From Vicinamibacterales bacterium (GTDB lineage: Bacteria > Acidobacteriota > Vicinamibacteria > Vicinamibacterales > 2-12-FULL-66-21): a DNA stretch of 61,109 nt. This document shows, piece after piece, positions 1-11,700 of the stretch. The notes under the pieces were generated by a model. That model was given only the letters and a program-made list of their open reading frames with translations, ran no database searches and was not told the DNA's origin. The position numbers and the translations under genes were made by a program. The stretch lies in assembly GCA_035537955.1 (NCBI GenBank), contig DATLLF010000178.1:1-61109 (forward strand), written 5' to 3'. Positions within the stretch are counted from its first letter, which is position 1. Each line of letters opens with the position of its first letter.

Positions 1-6
1 TCGGAC

Positions 7-55
7 CCGGAAGCCGGAAGCCGGAAGCCGGAAGCCGGAAGCCGAAAGCCGAATT
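7..55. repeat. Heptanucleotide tandem repeat: (CCGGAAG) x5 perfect plus 2 degenerate copies
   Basis: Read directly. ccggaag occurs at 7-13, 14-20, 21-27, 28-34 and 35-41, followed by ccgaaag and ccgaatt. The last copy runs into the dnaE stop codon (55-57, minus strand). The array may continue left of the window. Confidence 0.9.
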
Positions 56-3000
56 CATCGCAGCTCCACCGATCCGGATCCGCACAGCTGTTCCACCTCG
101 TTGACCAGCCGCTCCGAGGGGCGCACACGGACCGCCACTTCCGAGCGGACGCGCAACGGCTTCTCCCTGCCGCTCACATCGAGCTCGAGAAAGACGCGGC
201 GGTCACCACGGTGCCGCGCGAGCAGTTCCGCCAGCGCCTCGAAGGTTGGTCTGCCGTGCGGCGGCACGGACAGGTGGATGGCCACTTCCTTCGTCGTCCG
301 CTCCTGCAGCATCGAGATCGGCTGTAGCTCGGTCGCGACGATGCGGGCGGACTCGTCATCTTTTTCGAACTTTCCGCGCACGAGGAGCATGGCGTCGGGC
401 TCGATCAGGCTGCCATGCTTGCCGAACGTTTCGGGAAACACGACGACTTCGAGCGCTCCCGCGACGTCGTCGAGCATGAACACCGCCATGCGGTCTCCCT
501 TTTTCGTCTTCAGGGGGCGGAGGCCCGAGACGATGCCGGCCGTCCACACATCGGGCATCGAATCGGTGAGTTCTGCGACGCGTTTCGCGCCGAAGGCGCG
601 GAGGTCTTCAGCGAAGCGGTCGAGCGGATGTCCGCTGAAATAGAAGCCGAGCGCCTCTTTCTCTCCCGCGAGCTGCACGGCTTCCGTCCATGCGACCGCG
701 TCCGCGAGCGGTACGGCGCCGTGGACATCGTCGTCACCGCCGCCGCCGAACAACTGATGCTGTCCCTGGTCGCGGTCCCGTTGATGGCGGCCGCCGTGCT
801 CGATCGCCTTGTCGACCGCCGCGAACAGGCGCGCGCGCGCCCGTCGCGTGTCCGCCGCCGCCTCCTTGACGAGCGAATCGAGTGCGCCCGCCTTGATCAG
901 GCTCTCGAGGACGCGTTTGTTCACGAGCCTGAGGTCAACCTGCTCGCACAGTGTATGCAAGGAGTCCAGTCTGCCAAGCTCGCGACGGACGTCGAGGATC
1001 GACTGCACCGCACCTTCGCCGACGTTCTTGACTGCGCAGAGGCCGAAGCGGACCCCCTTCTTCGTCACCGTGAATCGCAGCTCGCTGGCGTTGACGTCGG
1101 GCGGAAGGATCGGCACGCCGAGCTCGCGGCATTCCCCGAGATACATGGCGAGCTTGTCGGTGTTTGCGGCTTCGATCGTCAGCAGCGCCGCCATGAAGTG
1201 CCAGGTGTAGTTCGCCTTGAGGAAGCCGGTCTGGTATGCCACCCACGCATACGTCGTCGAGTGCGACTTGTTGAAGCCGTAGCCGGCGAAGTACTCCATC
1301 AAGTCGAAGATCTTCGTCGCCTTTTTTTCATTGACGCCGTTCTTCTTCGCACCCTCCATGAAGGCTTCGCGCTGCTTCGCCATGACCTTGGGGTCTTTCT
1401 TCCCCATGGCCTTGCGAAGCATGTCGGACTGCCCCATCGTGAATCCGGCCAGCACGGCCGCGATCCGCATGACCTGTTCCTGGTAGGCGATGACGCCGTA
1501 CGTGTCACGCAGGATCGGTGCGAGCTGCTGAAGCTCGTACTTGACTTCCGTCTTTCCCTGCTTGCGGGAGATGTAGTCGTCCACCATCCCCGACTTGAGA
1601 GGGCCGGGGCGATACAGTGCGTTCAGTGCGATCAGGTCATCGAGGCGTTCCGGCTTCGCCTTGCGCAGCAGCTCGCGCATGCCCGAGCTCTCGAACTGGA
1701 ACACGCCATACGTCTGCCCATCCGAAAAGAGCTGGAAGGTCTTTGCGTCGTCGAGCGCGATTGCGTCGATGTCGAGGTCGGTCCCTTCCGTCCGCTTGAT
1801 CTCGTCGAGCGCATCGCGGATGAGCGTCAGCGTGCTGAGCCCGAGGAAGTCCATCTTCAGCAGGCCGACGCGTTCGACCTCCTTCATCGCCCATTGCGTG
1901 ACGATTTCGTCCTTCTGACTCTTGTAGAGCGGGATGAACTCCGTGAGAGGCTTTGGCGCGATGACGACGCCTGCAGCGTGGACGGAGGCGTGCCGGGTCA
2001 TGCCCTCGAGCCGCTGCGCGACCGTGAGCAGTTCCTTGACGCGCTCGTCCTTCTGCTGCAGCTCCTTGAGGGCCGGGCTCTCGGCCAGCGCTTTTTCCAG
2101 CGTCATGTCGAGCGCCGGCGGCACCGCCTTGGCGACGCGATCGGCATCCGCGTACGGAATGTCCATGACTCGCGCCACATCGCGAACGACGGCGCGCGCC
2201 TTCATCGTTCCGAACGTGATGATCTGTGCCACGTTCTCCCGGCCGTACTTGCGCGTGACGTAATCGATCACCTCGCCGCGCCGCCGTTCGCAGAAGTCGA
2301 TGTCGATATCTGGCAGCGAGACGCGCTCCGGATTCAGAAAGCGTTCGAAGATCAGGTCGTACTCGATCGGGTCGACGTCCGTGATGCGGAGACAGTACGC
2401 GACGAAGCTCCCCGCCGCCGATCCGCGGCCGGGTCCGACGGGGATCCCGCACTCGCGCGCGTAGCGGATGAAGTCCCACACGATGCAGAAGTACCCGGGG
2501 TACTTCATCTGCTTGATCATCTCGATCTCGTAGATGAGCCGCCGCTCGTACTCGTCGATCGTGTGATTCAGGACACCCTTGCTCTGGAGCTCTTTCAGAC
2601 GCGCCAGCCGCATCTGGAACCCGTCGCGGACGATGTGCTCGAAGTACTCGTCGAGGGTGAAGCCCTCGGGGACGTCGAAGTTCGGAAGGTGGTTGACTGT
2701 AGCGGAGAGGTCCACGTGGCAACGCTCGGCGATGCGAACGGTATTCGCCATCGCCTCGGGGTAGTCGCCGAACACGCGCGCCATCTCCTCGGCGGTCTTC
2801 AGATAGAACTGGTCGCCGTGATACTTCAGCCGCTCCGTATCGTTCACGGTTTTGCCGGTACCGATGCAGAGCAGGATATCGTGCGGCTTGAAATCGGAGT
2901 TCTTCAGGTAGTGGACGTCGTTGGTGGAGACGAGCTGGAGGTTCAGCTCCTTCGCGATCGGCTGAAGGCCCGTGTTGACGATCTTCTGTTCGTCGATGCC

Positions 3001-3534
3001 CTGGTACTGCATCTCGAGGAAGAAGTTGTTCGCACCAAGGATGTCGCGATACGCCGCGGCGGCGTCCATCGCTTTCTTCTGCTGTTCCGTACGGATCCCG
3101 GTCGCGACTTCTCCTTTCAGGCAGCTGCTCAATCCGATCAGGCCCTTCGCATGGCGCGCGAGCAGGTCCTTGTCGATGCGTGGTTTGTAGTAGAAGCCCT
3201 CGGTATAGCCCGACGACACGAGTTTGATGAGGTTGTGGTAGCCCTCTTTGCTCTCGGCGAGCAGTACCAGGTGATTGGCTGTTTCACCGGGCGTGCCGCT
3301 CTTCGTCCGCCGGTCGCCAGGTGCAACATAGACCTCGCATCCCAGGATGGGATTGATGCCACGCTTCCTCGCCTGATCGTGGAAGACGATCGACGAGAAC
3401 ATGTTGCCGTGTTCGGTGATCGCCGCCGCCGGCATCTTCAGCTCGACGCACTTGTCGAGCAGTTCCTCGATCCGGCACGCGCCGTCGAGAAGGGAGTACT
3501 CAGAGTGCAGGTGAAGATGAACGAATTCCGCCAT
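55..3534 (-). CDS. dnaE: DNA polymerase III alpha subunit
   Basis: The 1159-aa product has the PHP N-terminus MAEFVHLHLHSEYSLLDGA, the palm motif GIPVGPGRGSAAGS and a C-terminal OB region. The start is set at the MAEF ATG (3534), 12 codons inside the track ORF. Confidence 0.97.
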   Translation of the reverse strand: MAEFVHLHLHSEYSLLDGACRIEELLDKCVELKMPAAAITEHGNMFSSIVFHDQARKRGINPILGCEVYVAPGDRRTKSGTPGETANHLVLLAESKEGYHNLIKLVSSGYTEGFYYKPRIDKDLLARHAKGLIGLSSCLKGEVATGIRTEQQKKAMDAAAAYRDILGANNFFLEMQYQGIDEQKIVNTGLQPIAKELNLQLVSTNDVHYLKNSDFKPHDILLCIGTGKTVNDTERLKYHGDQFYLKTAEEMARVFGDYPEAMANTVRIAERCHVDLSATVNHLPNFDVPEGFTLDEYFEHIVRDGFQMRLARLKELQSKGVLNHTIDEYERRLIYEIEMIKQMKYPGYFCIVWDFIRYARECGIPVGPGRGSAAGSFVAYCLRITDVDPIEYDLIFERFLNPERVSLPDIDIDFCERRRGEVIDYVTRKYGRENVAQIITFGTMKARAVVRDVARVMDIPYADADRVAKAVPPALDMTLEKALAESPALKELQQKDERVKELLTVAQRLEGMTRHASVHAAGVVIAPKPLTEFIPLYKSQKDEIVTQWAMKEVERVGLLKMDFLGLSTLTLIRDALDEIKRTEGTDLDIDAIALDDAKTFQLFSDGQTYGVFQFESSGMRELLRKAKPERLDDLIALNALYRPGPLKSGMVDDYISRKQGKTEVKYELQQLAPILRDTYGVIAYQEQVMRIAAVLAGFTMGQSDMLRKAMGKKDPKVMAKQREAFMEGAKKNGVNEKKATKIFDLMEYFAGYGFNKSHSTTYAWVAYQTGFLKANYTWHFMAALLTIEAANTDKLAMYLGECRELGVPILPPDVNASELRFTVTKKGVRFGLCAVKNVGEGAVQSILDVRRELGRLDSLHTLCEQVDLRLVNKRVLESLIKAGALDSLVKEAAADTRRARARLFAAVDKAIEHGGRHQRDRDQGQHQLFGGGGDDDVHGAVPLADAVAWTEAVQLAGEKEALGFYFSGHPLDRFAEDLRAFGAKRVAELTDSMPDVWTAGIVSGLRPLKTKKGDRMAVFMLDDVAGALEVVVFPETFGKHGSLIEPDAMLLVRGKFEKDDESARIVATELQPISMLQERTTKEVAIHLSVPPHGRPTFEALAELLARHRGDRRVFLELDVSGREKPLRVRSEVAVRVRPSERLVNEVEQLCGSGSVELR

Positions 3535-3652
3535 TAGCGGCTGCTCCCCGAACGCTTCACCGCAGCGCACGCGGAGGACGCAGCGCGGTTCTCGCGTCCG
3601 CTGCCGGAAGTCCCCGGCGTTCTCTGCGCTCTCTGCGGTGAGTCCGCCATCG

Positions 3653-5185
3653 CTACTCCCACTCGATAGTAGAGGGTGGCTTCGAGCTGACGTCGTACAC
3701 CACGCGGTTGATGCCCTTCACCTCGTTGACGATACGCGAGGAGATCGATGCCAGCAGTTCGTGAGGCAGACGCGCCCAATCGGCGGTCATGCCATCCTTG
3801 CTCTGGACGGCGCGGATCGCGATTGTGTACTCGTAGGTTCGCGCGTCGCCCATCACGCCGACGCTTTGCACCGGCAGCAGCACGGCGAATGATTGCCACA
3901 GCTTCCGATACCAGCCCGCCTTCTTGATCTCTTCGGCGACGATGTGATCGGCGCGGCGCAAGAGGTTCAAACGCGAATGCGTCACTTCGCCGAGGATGCG
4001 GACGGCGAGCCCCGGGCCCGGGAACGGCTGGCGCCAGACGAATTCTTCTTCGAGCCCCAGTTGTTCTCCGACGCGCCGCACCTCGTCCTTGAACAGCAGT
4101 CGAAGAGGCTCGACCAGCTTGAACCGCATGCGCTCGGGCAGGCCGCCGACGTTGTGATGGCTCTTGATCGCCGATGACGGTCCGACGACCGACACGCTCT
4201 CGATCACGTCCGGATAGAGCGTGCCCTGGCCCAGGTAATCGAATGAGCCGAGCCTCTTCGCTTCGTCCTCGAAGACATCGATGAACGTCGCGCCGATGAT
4301 CTTGCGCTTGTGTTCCGGATCGGTGACGCCGGCGAGTCGCGTGAGAAAGAGGTCCGCGGCATTCGCGAATACGAGCGGCAGCTTCATGCGTGCGAACCGA
4401 AGCTTGATCTGTTCTCCTTCGTCCTGCCGCATCACCCCGTTGTCGACGAAGATGCAGGTGAGCCGGTCAGCGATCGCACGGTGGATCAGCACCGCGGCAA
4501 CAGTCGAATCGACGCCGCCGCTGAGCCCGCACACGACGCGGCCGTCGCCGACCTGCTCGCGAATCCGCGCGGTCGCCTCCTCGACGAAGGATCTCATCGT
4601 CCAGTCGCCGGTGCAGCCGCACACGTCGTACGCGAAATTGCGCAGGATCTCCAGACCATGGTCCGTGTGCGCAACCTCGGGATGAAACAGCAGCGCGTAC
4701 AGCTGGCGCTGCGGCGCAGCCATTGCGGCGACAGGGGCGTTGGCACTCGTCGCCGTCACCGTGAAACCGGACGGCGCCGCCTTGACGAAATCGCCGTGGC
4801 TGGCCCAGACGCGCAGGTCTTTCGGCACTGACGCGAACAGCGGCGCGTCGTGCTGAATCTGGATCGTGGCAAGACCGAACTCGCGGTGCGGCGCCGGCGC
4901 GACCTCCCCGCCGAGCGCATGCGTCATCAGCTGCATGCCGTAGCAGATCCCGAGCACGGGCACGCCGATCGCGTACACGCCCGTGTCGCAGTGCGGTGCG
5001 CCCTGCTCGGAAACGCTCTTCGGTCCGCCCGAGAGGATGATGCCGACCGGGCGGCGCTCTTCGATTTTCGCCAGCGGCGTATCGAACGGCAGGATCTCCG
5101 CGTACACCGAGAGTTCGCGCAGGCGGCGCGCAATCAACTGTGTGAATTGCGAGCCGAAGTCGAGAACGACAATGGTCTGATGATT
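3653..5185 (-). CDS. guaA: GMP synthase (glutamine-hydrolysing)
   Basis: GATase motifs [17 protein letters not shown] and [11 protein letters not shown]-PPase loop SGGVDSTV, and C-terminus KPPSTIEWE. The GTG at 5185 gives 510 aa and lies downstream of a TATAAT box. The track start at 5266 would add 27 non-conserved residues. Confidence 0.93.
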   Translation of the reverse strand, partial: NHQTIVVLDFGSQFTQLIARRLRELSVYAEILPFDTPLAKIEERRPVGIILSGGPKSVSEQGAPHCDTGVYAIGVPVLGICYGMQLMTHALGGEVAPAPHREFGLATIQIQHDAPLFASVPKDLRVWASHGDFVKAAPSGFTVTATSANAPVAAMAAPQRQLYALLFHPEVAHTDHGLEILRNFAYDVCGCTGDWTMRSFVEEATARIREQVGDGRVVCGLSGGVDSTVAAVLIHRAIADRLTCIFVDNGVMRQDEGEQIKLRFARMKLPLVFANAADLFLTRLAGVTDPEHKRKIIGATFIDVFEDEAKRLGSFDYLGQGTLYPDVIESVSVVGPSSAIKSHHNVGGLPERMRFKLVEPLRLLFKDEVRRVGEQLGLEEEFVWRQPFPGPGLAVRILGEVTHSRLNLLRRADHIVAEEIKKAGWYRKLWQSFAVLLPVQSVGVMGDARTYEYTIAIRAVQSKDGMTADWARLPHELLASISSRIVNEVKGINRVVYDVSSKPPSTIEWE

Positions 5186-5230
5186 CACGATGAAACTGAC
5201 GGACGGGATTTTCGGCCGAATGGATAACGC

Positions 5231-5240
5231 TATTATAAGG
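5231..5240 (-). promoter_or_regulatory. AT-rich patch with a perfect TATAAT (minus strand, 5237..5232) upstream of guaA; shared divergent promoter region
   Basis: Plus strand tattataagg, reverse complement ccttataata. It lies ~47 nt upstream of the proposed guaA GTG. No convincing -35 was seen. Confidence 0.3.
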
Positions 5241-5241
5241 T

Positions 5242-6399
5242 GTGCAGTCGGCGCCCACCACAACATCTTGTTGGTTTCGCACGCGCACCGTCACTGCCAC
5301 CGCTGCTCTCGCACTACTCCTCATTCGCGCCGCTGCTGCGCAGCAGGCGCCGGCGGTCGGCGGCGTGCCGCAGCCGCTGCCCGGTACGCCGATCGATGCG
5401 CCTGCTGCGCCCCCAACGATTGCATGGAGCATTGACATCCCCGCTGCGCCGATCGTCAGCCCGATCATTACTGCCGATCGCGTGATCGTGGCGTACCTGC
5501 CCGGCGTTGTCGCCGCGTTCGATCGCGCCGACGGACATCCGCTGTGGCGCGCGGAGCTCGAGCCGAAGCAGCCGCTCGCGACCGACGGAGCGCTCATCTT
5601 CGTTCACGCCGCTGAAGCGATTCACGCATTGCACGCCTCCAATGGTTCTGTTGCGTGGCGCGCCTCCAGTGGAACGCTCACGGCTCCGCTCATCGTCAAG
5701 GAAGGTTGGATCGTCGCGCCGACAGAAGGCCGGCTCACCACGCGCCGAACGAGTGACGGCAGCACCGTCTGGAGCGTCGAGGCCCCGCCGCAGCGGGAGG
5801 CGGCCGCGATCTCCGGTGACGTTCTCTACGTGCCTGTCGCCGGCGGGCGGCTCATGGCGCGCGATCTTCCTGATGGAAAGATCAAGTGGGACATTCAACT
5901 GGGAGGGAACGCCGTCGAACCGCTGGTGGTCAACGACGACGTGTTCGTGGGCGCTTCCGACAAGCGGTTCTACTGCGTCGACGCCACATCGGGCCGGGTC
6001 GAGTGGATCTGGCGCGTCGGCGCCGTCGTTCGAGGGCGTGCTTCGACGGACGGGCAGCGCATCATTTTCGCGGCACTCGACAATCTCGTGCGCGCGTACG
6101 ATCGCGGCGATGGAGCGGAGCGATGGCACAAGGGGGTGCCGTTCCGCCCGATGGGAGGCCCGGTCGTGGGGGGCGGCGCCGTATTCGTCGCCGGCCCGGG
6201 CGCGGACATGCGGATCATGCGCGCCACCGATGGCACGGATGCCGGAGCGATAGCATTTCCGGGCCGCCAGGCGGTGCCTCCTGGCTCGCTCGATACCGGT
6301 GCAGGTGTCGTGTTCGCCGCGTTGACAGGTGGTCTCGAGGAGAGCTGGAAGCTGTCCCTGACGACGCCGCTGCCCGCTACCTGGCGACCATCTCGGTAG
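5242..6399 (+). CDS. Secreted PQQ-like / BamB-like beta-propeller repeat protein
   Basis: GTG start. The signal-like N-terminus is [18 protein letters not shown]. Repeated W-x-V/A...G-x-V motifs are typical of PQQ/BamB propellers (LWRAEL, VAWRAS, VWSVEA, IKWDIQ, VEWIWRV, RWHKGV). Confidence 0.6.
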   Translation: MQSAPTTTSCWFRTRTVTATAALALLLIRAAAAQQAPAVGGVPQPLPGTPIDAPAAPPTIAWSIDIPAAPIVSPIITADRVIVAYLPGVVAAFDRADGHPLWRAELEPKQPLATDGALIFVHAAEAIHALHASNGSVAWRASSGTLTAPLIVKEGWIVAPTEGRLTTRRTSDGSTVWSVEAPPQREAAAISGDVLYVPVAGGRLMARDLPDGKIKWDIQLGGNAVEPLVVNDDVFVGASDKRFYCVDATSGRVEWIWRVGAVVRGRASTDGQRIIFAALDNLVRAYDRGDGAERWHKGVPFRPMGGPVVGGGAVFVAGPGADMRIMRATDGTDAGAIAFPGRQAVPPGSLDTGAGVVFAALTGGLEESWKLSLTTPLPATWRPSR

Positions 6400-7618
6400 C
6401 GGCGAGCTCCTCGCGAACGGTGCGCGCGAGCCGCGCGACTCCTTCGCGAATCTTGTCGTGCGATGCGGCCGAGAACGCGAGGCGCACGAGATTGCGCGGC
6501 CCCGCTTCGACGAAGAACGCCTCCCCCGCCACGTAGATCACGCCATTTTCAACTGCGCGAGGAATCATCGCATCGGAATCGATCGGCTCCGGCAGGCTCG
6601 CCCACAGAAAGAATCCACCGCGCGGCGCGGGCCAGGTAATGCTGGTGCCAAACTCCTGTCGCAGCGCTCCTGTCATCACATCGCGGTTCTGCTGGTAGAA
6701 CCGCCGAAGCGTAGGAACCTGCCGCGTCAACACACCGCGGCGGCACGCTTCGTAGACGATGCGCTGGTCGAGCGGTCCGGTGCAGAGGTCCTCTGCCTGC
6801 TTTGTGATCTCGAGCTTCGCTGCGAGAGGCGCCGGCGCATCGATCCAGGCGACGCGGTACCCGGGAGCGAGCGTCTTCGAAAAGCTGCTCAGGTAGACGA
6901 CACGTCCGCCATCGTCATCGGCTTTGATGGGCCTGACGTCGCTCTCGCTTGCCGAGTCCTCGAAATACAATTCGCGGTAGGGATCGTCTTCGACGATGAG
7001 CACGTTGCGCCGATCCGCCCATTCGAGCAGGCGACGCCGTTTGTCGAGCCCGATGAGGAGCCCGGTTGGATTCTGGAAGTTCGGTACGAGATAGAGGACG
7101 CGAACGGTGCGTCCTTCGCTCACGACACGCTGATAGGTCTCGTCGAGAGCATCGAGATCCACTCCGTCAGCCGCCTGCCGCAGCCCCACCAGGCTCGCCT
7201 GCACGCTCCGAAACGCCGTGATGGCGCCCGTGTACGTCGGCAGTTCGACCAGCACGACGTCGCCCGGATCGAGCAGCACACGTGCGACGAGATCGAGGCC
7301 CTGCTGCGATCCGGTCGTGACGAGCAGCTGGTCCGGCGACGTCGTGACGCTACGCGCCGCCATGATGGCACCGATCTCCTCGAGCAGTGGTCTGTATCCG
7401 CGGGTAGGTCCGTATTGCAGAACCGATCCGTCGGTGCCGGCGAGCAGGTCGCGGCTGATTTCACTGAACTCATTCCACGCGAAGGTCTCGGGCGAGGGAT
7501 ATCCAGGTGCGAACGAGATCATGTCGCGCGATTGTGCGAGCAGCGTGCCCATCCGGCGGATTGCCGAGCCCTTCATCTGTTCGGCGGCACGGGACAGGAA
7601 CTGGTTGTAGTCGATCAT
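6377..7618 (-). CDS. PLP-dependent aminotransferase, class I/II (2-aminoadipate/aromatic aminotransferase-like)
   Basis: N-terminus MIDYNQFLSRAAEQMKGSAIRRM, FAPGYPSPETF, and the PLP-lysine motif SSFSKTLAPGYRVAW. The ATG at 7618 overlaps the upstream stop as ATGA. The track start at 7753 would run into the upstream gene. Confidence 0.85.
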   Translation of the reverse strand: MIDYNQFLSRAAEQMKGSAIRRMGTLLAQSRDMISFAPGYPSPETFAWNEFSEISRDLLAGTDGSVLQYGPTRGYRPLLEEIGAIMAARSVTTSPDQLLVTTGSQQGLDLVARVLLDPGDVVLVELPTYTGAITAFRSVQASLVGLRQAADGVDLDALDETYQRVVSEGRTVRVLYLVPNFQNPTGLLIGLDKRRRLLEWADRRNVLIVEDDPYRELYFEDSASESDVRPIKADDDGGRVVYLSSFSKTLAPGYRVAWIDAPAPLAAKLEITKQAEDLCTGPLDQRIVYEACRRGVLTRQVPTLRRFYQQNRDVMTGALRQEFGTSITWPAPRGGFFLWASLPEPIDSDAMIPRAVENGVIYVAGEAFFVEAGPRNLVRLAFSAASHDKIREGVARLARTVREELAATEMVAR

Positions 7619-8631
7619 GCGGTAGCGGGAGGTTGAGCGACGCGAAGAGTACGCACGGCGTTGTTGCCATGCGCGTACAACCGATACTGCGCGAGATAGC
7701 CCACGAGCGCCGTCAGCCCGAGATACTGAAAGACGAATCCTCGCATCAGCCACGCGGCCACCTGCAGCGGAACGACCGCGAGACCGGCGAGTGGCACGAA
7801 CGCAATCAGGCCGAGTCCGGCAGTCGCGAGGATGGAGGCGACGGTGGCCAGGGTCACGAGCAGCAGGACGACGCCGAAGATTGCCGCGATCTCACGCAGA
7901 GCGGACCGCAGAAAGGTCAGTACCAGTCCGGCTGCGGTCCTGACGCTGACGTCCTCGATGGCCACGATCATCTGCATGAGGAGGTACAGCAGATTGACGA
8001 GCGTGATCCAGACCACGAGAGCGCCGGACGCGAGGGCGGCGGTGACGGTCCACAGACCGAGCAGTACCGGCCGGTTCTGCGCGAGGGCGTAGCCGGCGAC
8101 AATGAAACCCAGATACACCAGCGCGGTCGCGGCGTACGCGATCAACAGGCAGCCGCCGAGGCGCAGGTAGCGCCGCCACAGCCGCTTGCATCCGTCGAGA
8201 AAGGGTTCGATGTGGATGCGGTTCGCGCGGCGCACGGCGTCGAGCCGCAGCGGCGGCCGTTCGATGGGCCCGGTGCTTCCTTCGGCGTCGGCGAGGAGTG
8301 CCATCGTACCCCCCTTGACCACGAAGGCGAACGCGGATCCGCCCAGCAGCACGAGCAGAAACGCTGTGCCGAACGCGACGAACGCCACGGGATTGGTACG
8401 CAGCGCAGCGAACACGGACGCGACGATGTCGCGGGGACTGCCGGCGAGCAGGTCGTCGACTTCAGCACCGAGCAGCAATACCACGAGAAAGAGCCCGCCG
8501 ATCACCGGGACGGCGAGCAGCAGCTTCAACATCGATTCCGCGATGAACTGCACCACCACGAGCGGCCAGTTGGCCGCAACGATCACGGCGCCGCGTTTGA
8601 GCGCGGCTCTCAGGGGTAGATGGTGCGTCAC
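7615..8631 (-). CDS. Polytopic membrane protein of unknown function
   Basis: The 338-aa product has about 7 hydrophobic helices (VIGGLFLVVLLLGA, FVAFGTAFLLVLLGG, LLIAYAATALVYLGFIVAGY and others). It is translationally coupled to the aminotransferase. No family was recognised. Confidence 0.6.
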   Translation of the reverse strand: MTHHLPLRAALKRGAVIVAANWPLVVVQFIAESMLKLLLAVPVIGGLFLVVLLLGAEVDDLLAGSPRDIVASVFAALRTNPVAFVAFGTAFLLVLLGGSAFAFVVKGGTMALLADAEGSTGPIERPPLRLDAVRRANRIHIEPFLDGCKRLWRRYLRLGGCLLIAYAATALVYLGFIVAGYALAQNRPVLLGLWTVTAALASGALVVWITLVNLLYLLMQMIVAIEDVSVRTAAGLVLTFLRSALREIAAIFGVVLLLVTLATVASILATAGLGLIAFVPLAGLAVVPLQVAAWLMRGFVFQYLGLTALVGYLAQYRLYAHGNNAVRTLRVAQPPATA

Positions 8632-8700
8632 GGACAGGTCTTCAGTTTACCCTGTTGCGGTATCCTCCTGACGAAGGTGCCTTCCCTCAAAAACTCGCCG

Positions 8701-11700
8701 ATGCGTGCGCGGCACGTGAGTTGGCGGCGGCTCCTCGCGACGGGTCTGCTCGCCTCGCTCGCCGCGGTCGCGGCTGGCGCCGCGCTCGAGTGGTTCCGTT
8801 TCGGCGCAAGCGGCGCCCAGACCGCATCTCGCGTCGAGGCTGAGATCCGCGGCGACTTCGACGAGATGACAGCGCTGCTGGCGCGGCTCGGCACCGCCAT
8901 CGCCACCGATCCGGAAACCGTTCGCGCGCTGCAGACGGCGCGTTCGCTCCAGGCGGAGCCCGAGGCGGCCCGCACGCTCTTCGAAGTACTCGACCGTCGC
9001 CTTGGCGACGCGAAGTCGCGCGCCGACGTCGCCGTCACCATCTACGACTTTCCGGACGGCGTCGCGCGTGCCTGGGCCGGACGCCCTTCAGATATTCCGG
9101 GCGAGCGGATCCGTACGCCCCGCTCCTGGTTCGTCACCCCTTCTCCGCAGGGTCTCCGCCTCGTTCATGTTCTTCCGGTTTCGGGCGGCGACGATGCCCC
9201 ACTCGGTGTGGTCGCGACCGAGCACGCGCTTTCCCCCGCACCCGCCGTCACGACCATCGCCCCAAGCGAGTACGCACTGCCGACGGCCTTCGGGCCCGCA
9301 TCACTCCGGCTCGCCTTCGAAGGAGCAGGCGAACAGACCGCGCCAGGGGCGTTGCTTCTTCGTGCGCCGAACGGCGACGTTCTCGTCGAAGCCCAGATCT
9401 CGTCCGAGCAGCTCGCGCTGACGCGCGCGCACTGGCGCCGGCGTGAGGCCGCCGCGGTGCTGGGGATACTTGCCGTCACACTGTTCCTTCTGGTCGGCCC
9501 CGCGTTGGATGCGCGATCGTCGGCGCGATCGACGCACACGCACGTGAAGCTCACGCTGATCGCAAGCGCGCTGATCGTAGGAGGCGCGTCGATCGGCTGG
9601 ACGGCGCTCGACGTGGCGTTCGAGGGAGTCCCCGGCGGGCGGGCGGCGCTGCTCGTGTGCAGCGCCACCGTCACGGCCTTCATCGCGCTCCTCGCCGTCC
9701 CGCTTTCCCGGCTTCGCGCCGGTCTGCGCCATCGCCGCCGCGATCCGTCCTCCGCCATCGTGACGTTCGGCGCGACGCAGGTTGCGGCAGGGATCGCGGT
9801 GGCCGGACTGCTGATTGCGTTCGAGGTCCTGCTCTCACGGGCACTGGCGGGCGCGCCGGTCGACCTCAGGCATTTCTCCCTGCATCCCTGGAGCGAGGAG
9901 CGTTTGACGCTCCTGGTCGCGATCCTCACAACCCACATTGCCGCCGTGTGGGCCGCGGTCGTGATCCTGGCGATGTCCATCATCCGGTGGCGGCTCGGTC
10001 GCGGGTACTCGACGCGGCTGCTCGTGCTGTGGATCGTCTGGACGGCGCCGTCGTTCATCATCGCGCTTCTATCGCTGAATCGCGGATGGCCGACGCCGGT
10101 GCTGGGGGTGAGCCTCTCGGCCGCCGCCTGCGCCACCGCCGCGTTGCTGGCGCGCCGCACCGCGTTGTGGTTTCGCCATGCGACGGTCGCCGCGCGCATC
10201 CTCGGCCTGTTCATCGCCTTTCTCATTCCGTCGCTGCTGCTGTATCCGTCGGTGAACTTCTTCACCCTGCGAACGCTGCGGAGCGTTGTGGCCGAGCGGT
10301 TTGCTGTGCAGGCGCAGAATCATCCGCAGATGCTGCAGGATGTGCTCGCGACTGTCCGCAATGAACTCGACGCGATGCCCGCACTGGGTGAACTGGTCAA
10401 CGGCGGCGCTGCAGCGTCTTCCCAGGGCTGCGCGACCGAGAGCGCGTTCCTTGTCTGGCGGCAGACCGCACTTGCGCGCGAACGGCTCACATCGGCCGTT
10501 GAGCTCTACGATGGAGAGGGGCGGCTGGTCAGCTGCTTTGCCCTCAACTTCCCTGAGTATGCGGGAAGCATCCGGGCCGCTCCCGCAACGTCCTCATGCT
10601 CGTGGGAGGTCTTCGGCGAAGCGGCCCGATTCGGATCCGAGGAGCGCCGGATGCTGCACGCCGAGCGAAGCATCTGCGATGGTACCGGTCCGGAGAAGAG
10701 GATTCTCGGCTCGATCGTTCTCCACATCATCCCCGACTACCGCACGCTCCCCTTTATCACGTCGCAGAGCCCCTACTTCGAGGTCTTCCGCACGCAGGGG
10801 GGCGCACCGGCCGAGGGGACGACGGCGAGCGATGTCGAGATCGTGATCTACGGCTGGGGATTGACGCCGCTCTATTCATCGGGCGCGGCGTGGCCGATCA
10901 CAGAGGAACTGTTCGCGCGCATCTACCATTCACGCGAGCCCTTCTGGACGGAACTCGAACGAGGCGATGCACGCTGGCATGTGTACTTCTCGAACGACCG
11001 CAACGGAATTTATGCGCTCGGCTACCCGGCACTGACCATCTTCGATCGGTTGGTTCATCTCGCCGAGCTGACGACGCTCGCCGGGCTCGTGTTCGTGATC
11101 GTTCTTCTCGCGACGGCGGCGTTCACACGGATGGCGCGCGAGCGGCCGCGAGTAGGGCGTGCGCTGCTCCGCGAAATCCGCGCGAGCTTCTATCGCAAGC
11201 TGTTTCTGGCGTTCGTCCTCGCGTCGATCATCCCGGTGCTCACGCTCGCGTTCGTGATCCGTGCGTACTTTGCCGGTCTGCTGCGGGCCAACGTCGAGGC
11301 AGAGGCGGCGCGCTCCGCCTCGGTGGCACAGCGCGTCATCGAGGAGTCACAGGCGTTGCAGCTGCAAGGCGGCGAACAGCCGCCGCCGGCGAGCGACGAC
11401 GTGATGATCTGGATCAGTCAGGTCATCGACCAGGACGTCAACGTCTTCCGCGGCCCGGAACTGCTCGCGACGAGCGAGCGCGATCTGTTCGCATCCGGTC
11501 TGCTGCCGACGCGCACGCCTGCGGACGTGTATCGCGGCATAGCGCTGCAGCGGCTGCCCAGCTTCGTGGGAGAGGATCGCATCGGCTCGTTGCCGTACAT
11601 GATCGCCGCCGCTCCGGTGCGCGCTGGCGGGCGTGACGCGATCCTGACCGTCCCGTTGGCCAACCAGCAGCGCGAGATCGAAGAAGAAGTGGACGAACTC

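Noticed and set aside
415-3537. 1040-aa plus-strand ORF antisense to dnaE
   Set aside because: It is an Arg/Asp/Leu-rich mirror-image translation of a well-conserved gene, with no motifs. Stop-poor antisense frames are typical of high-GC DNA.
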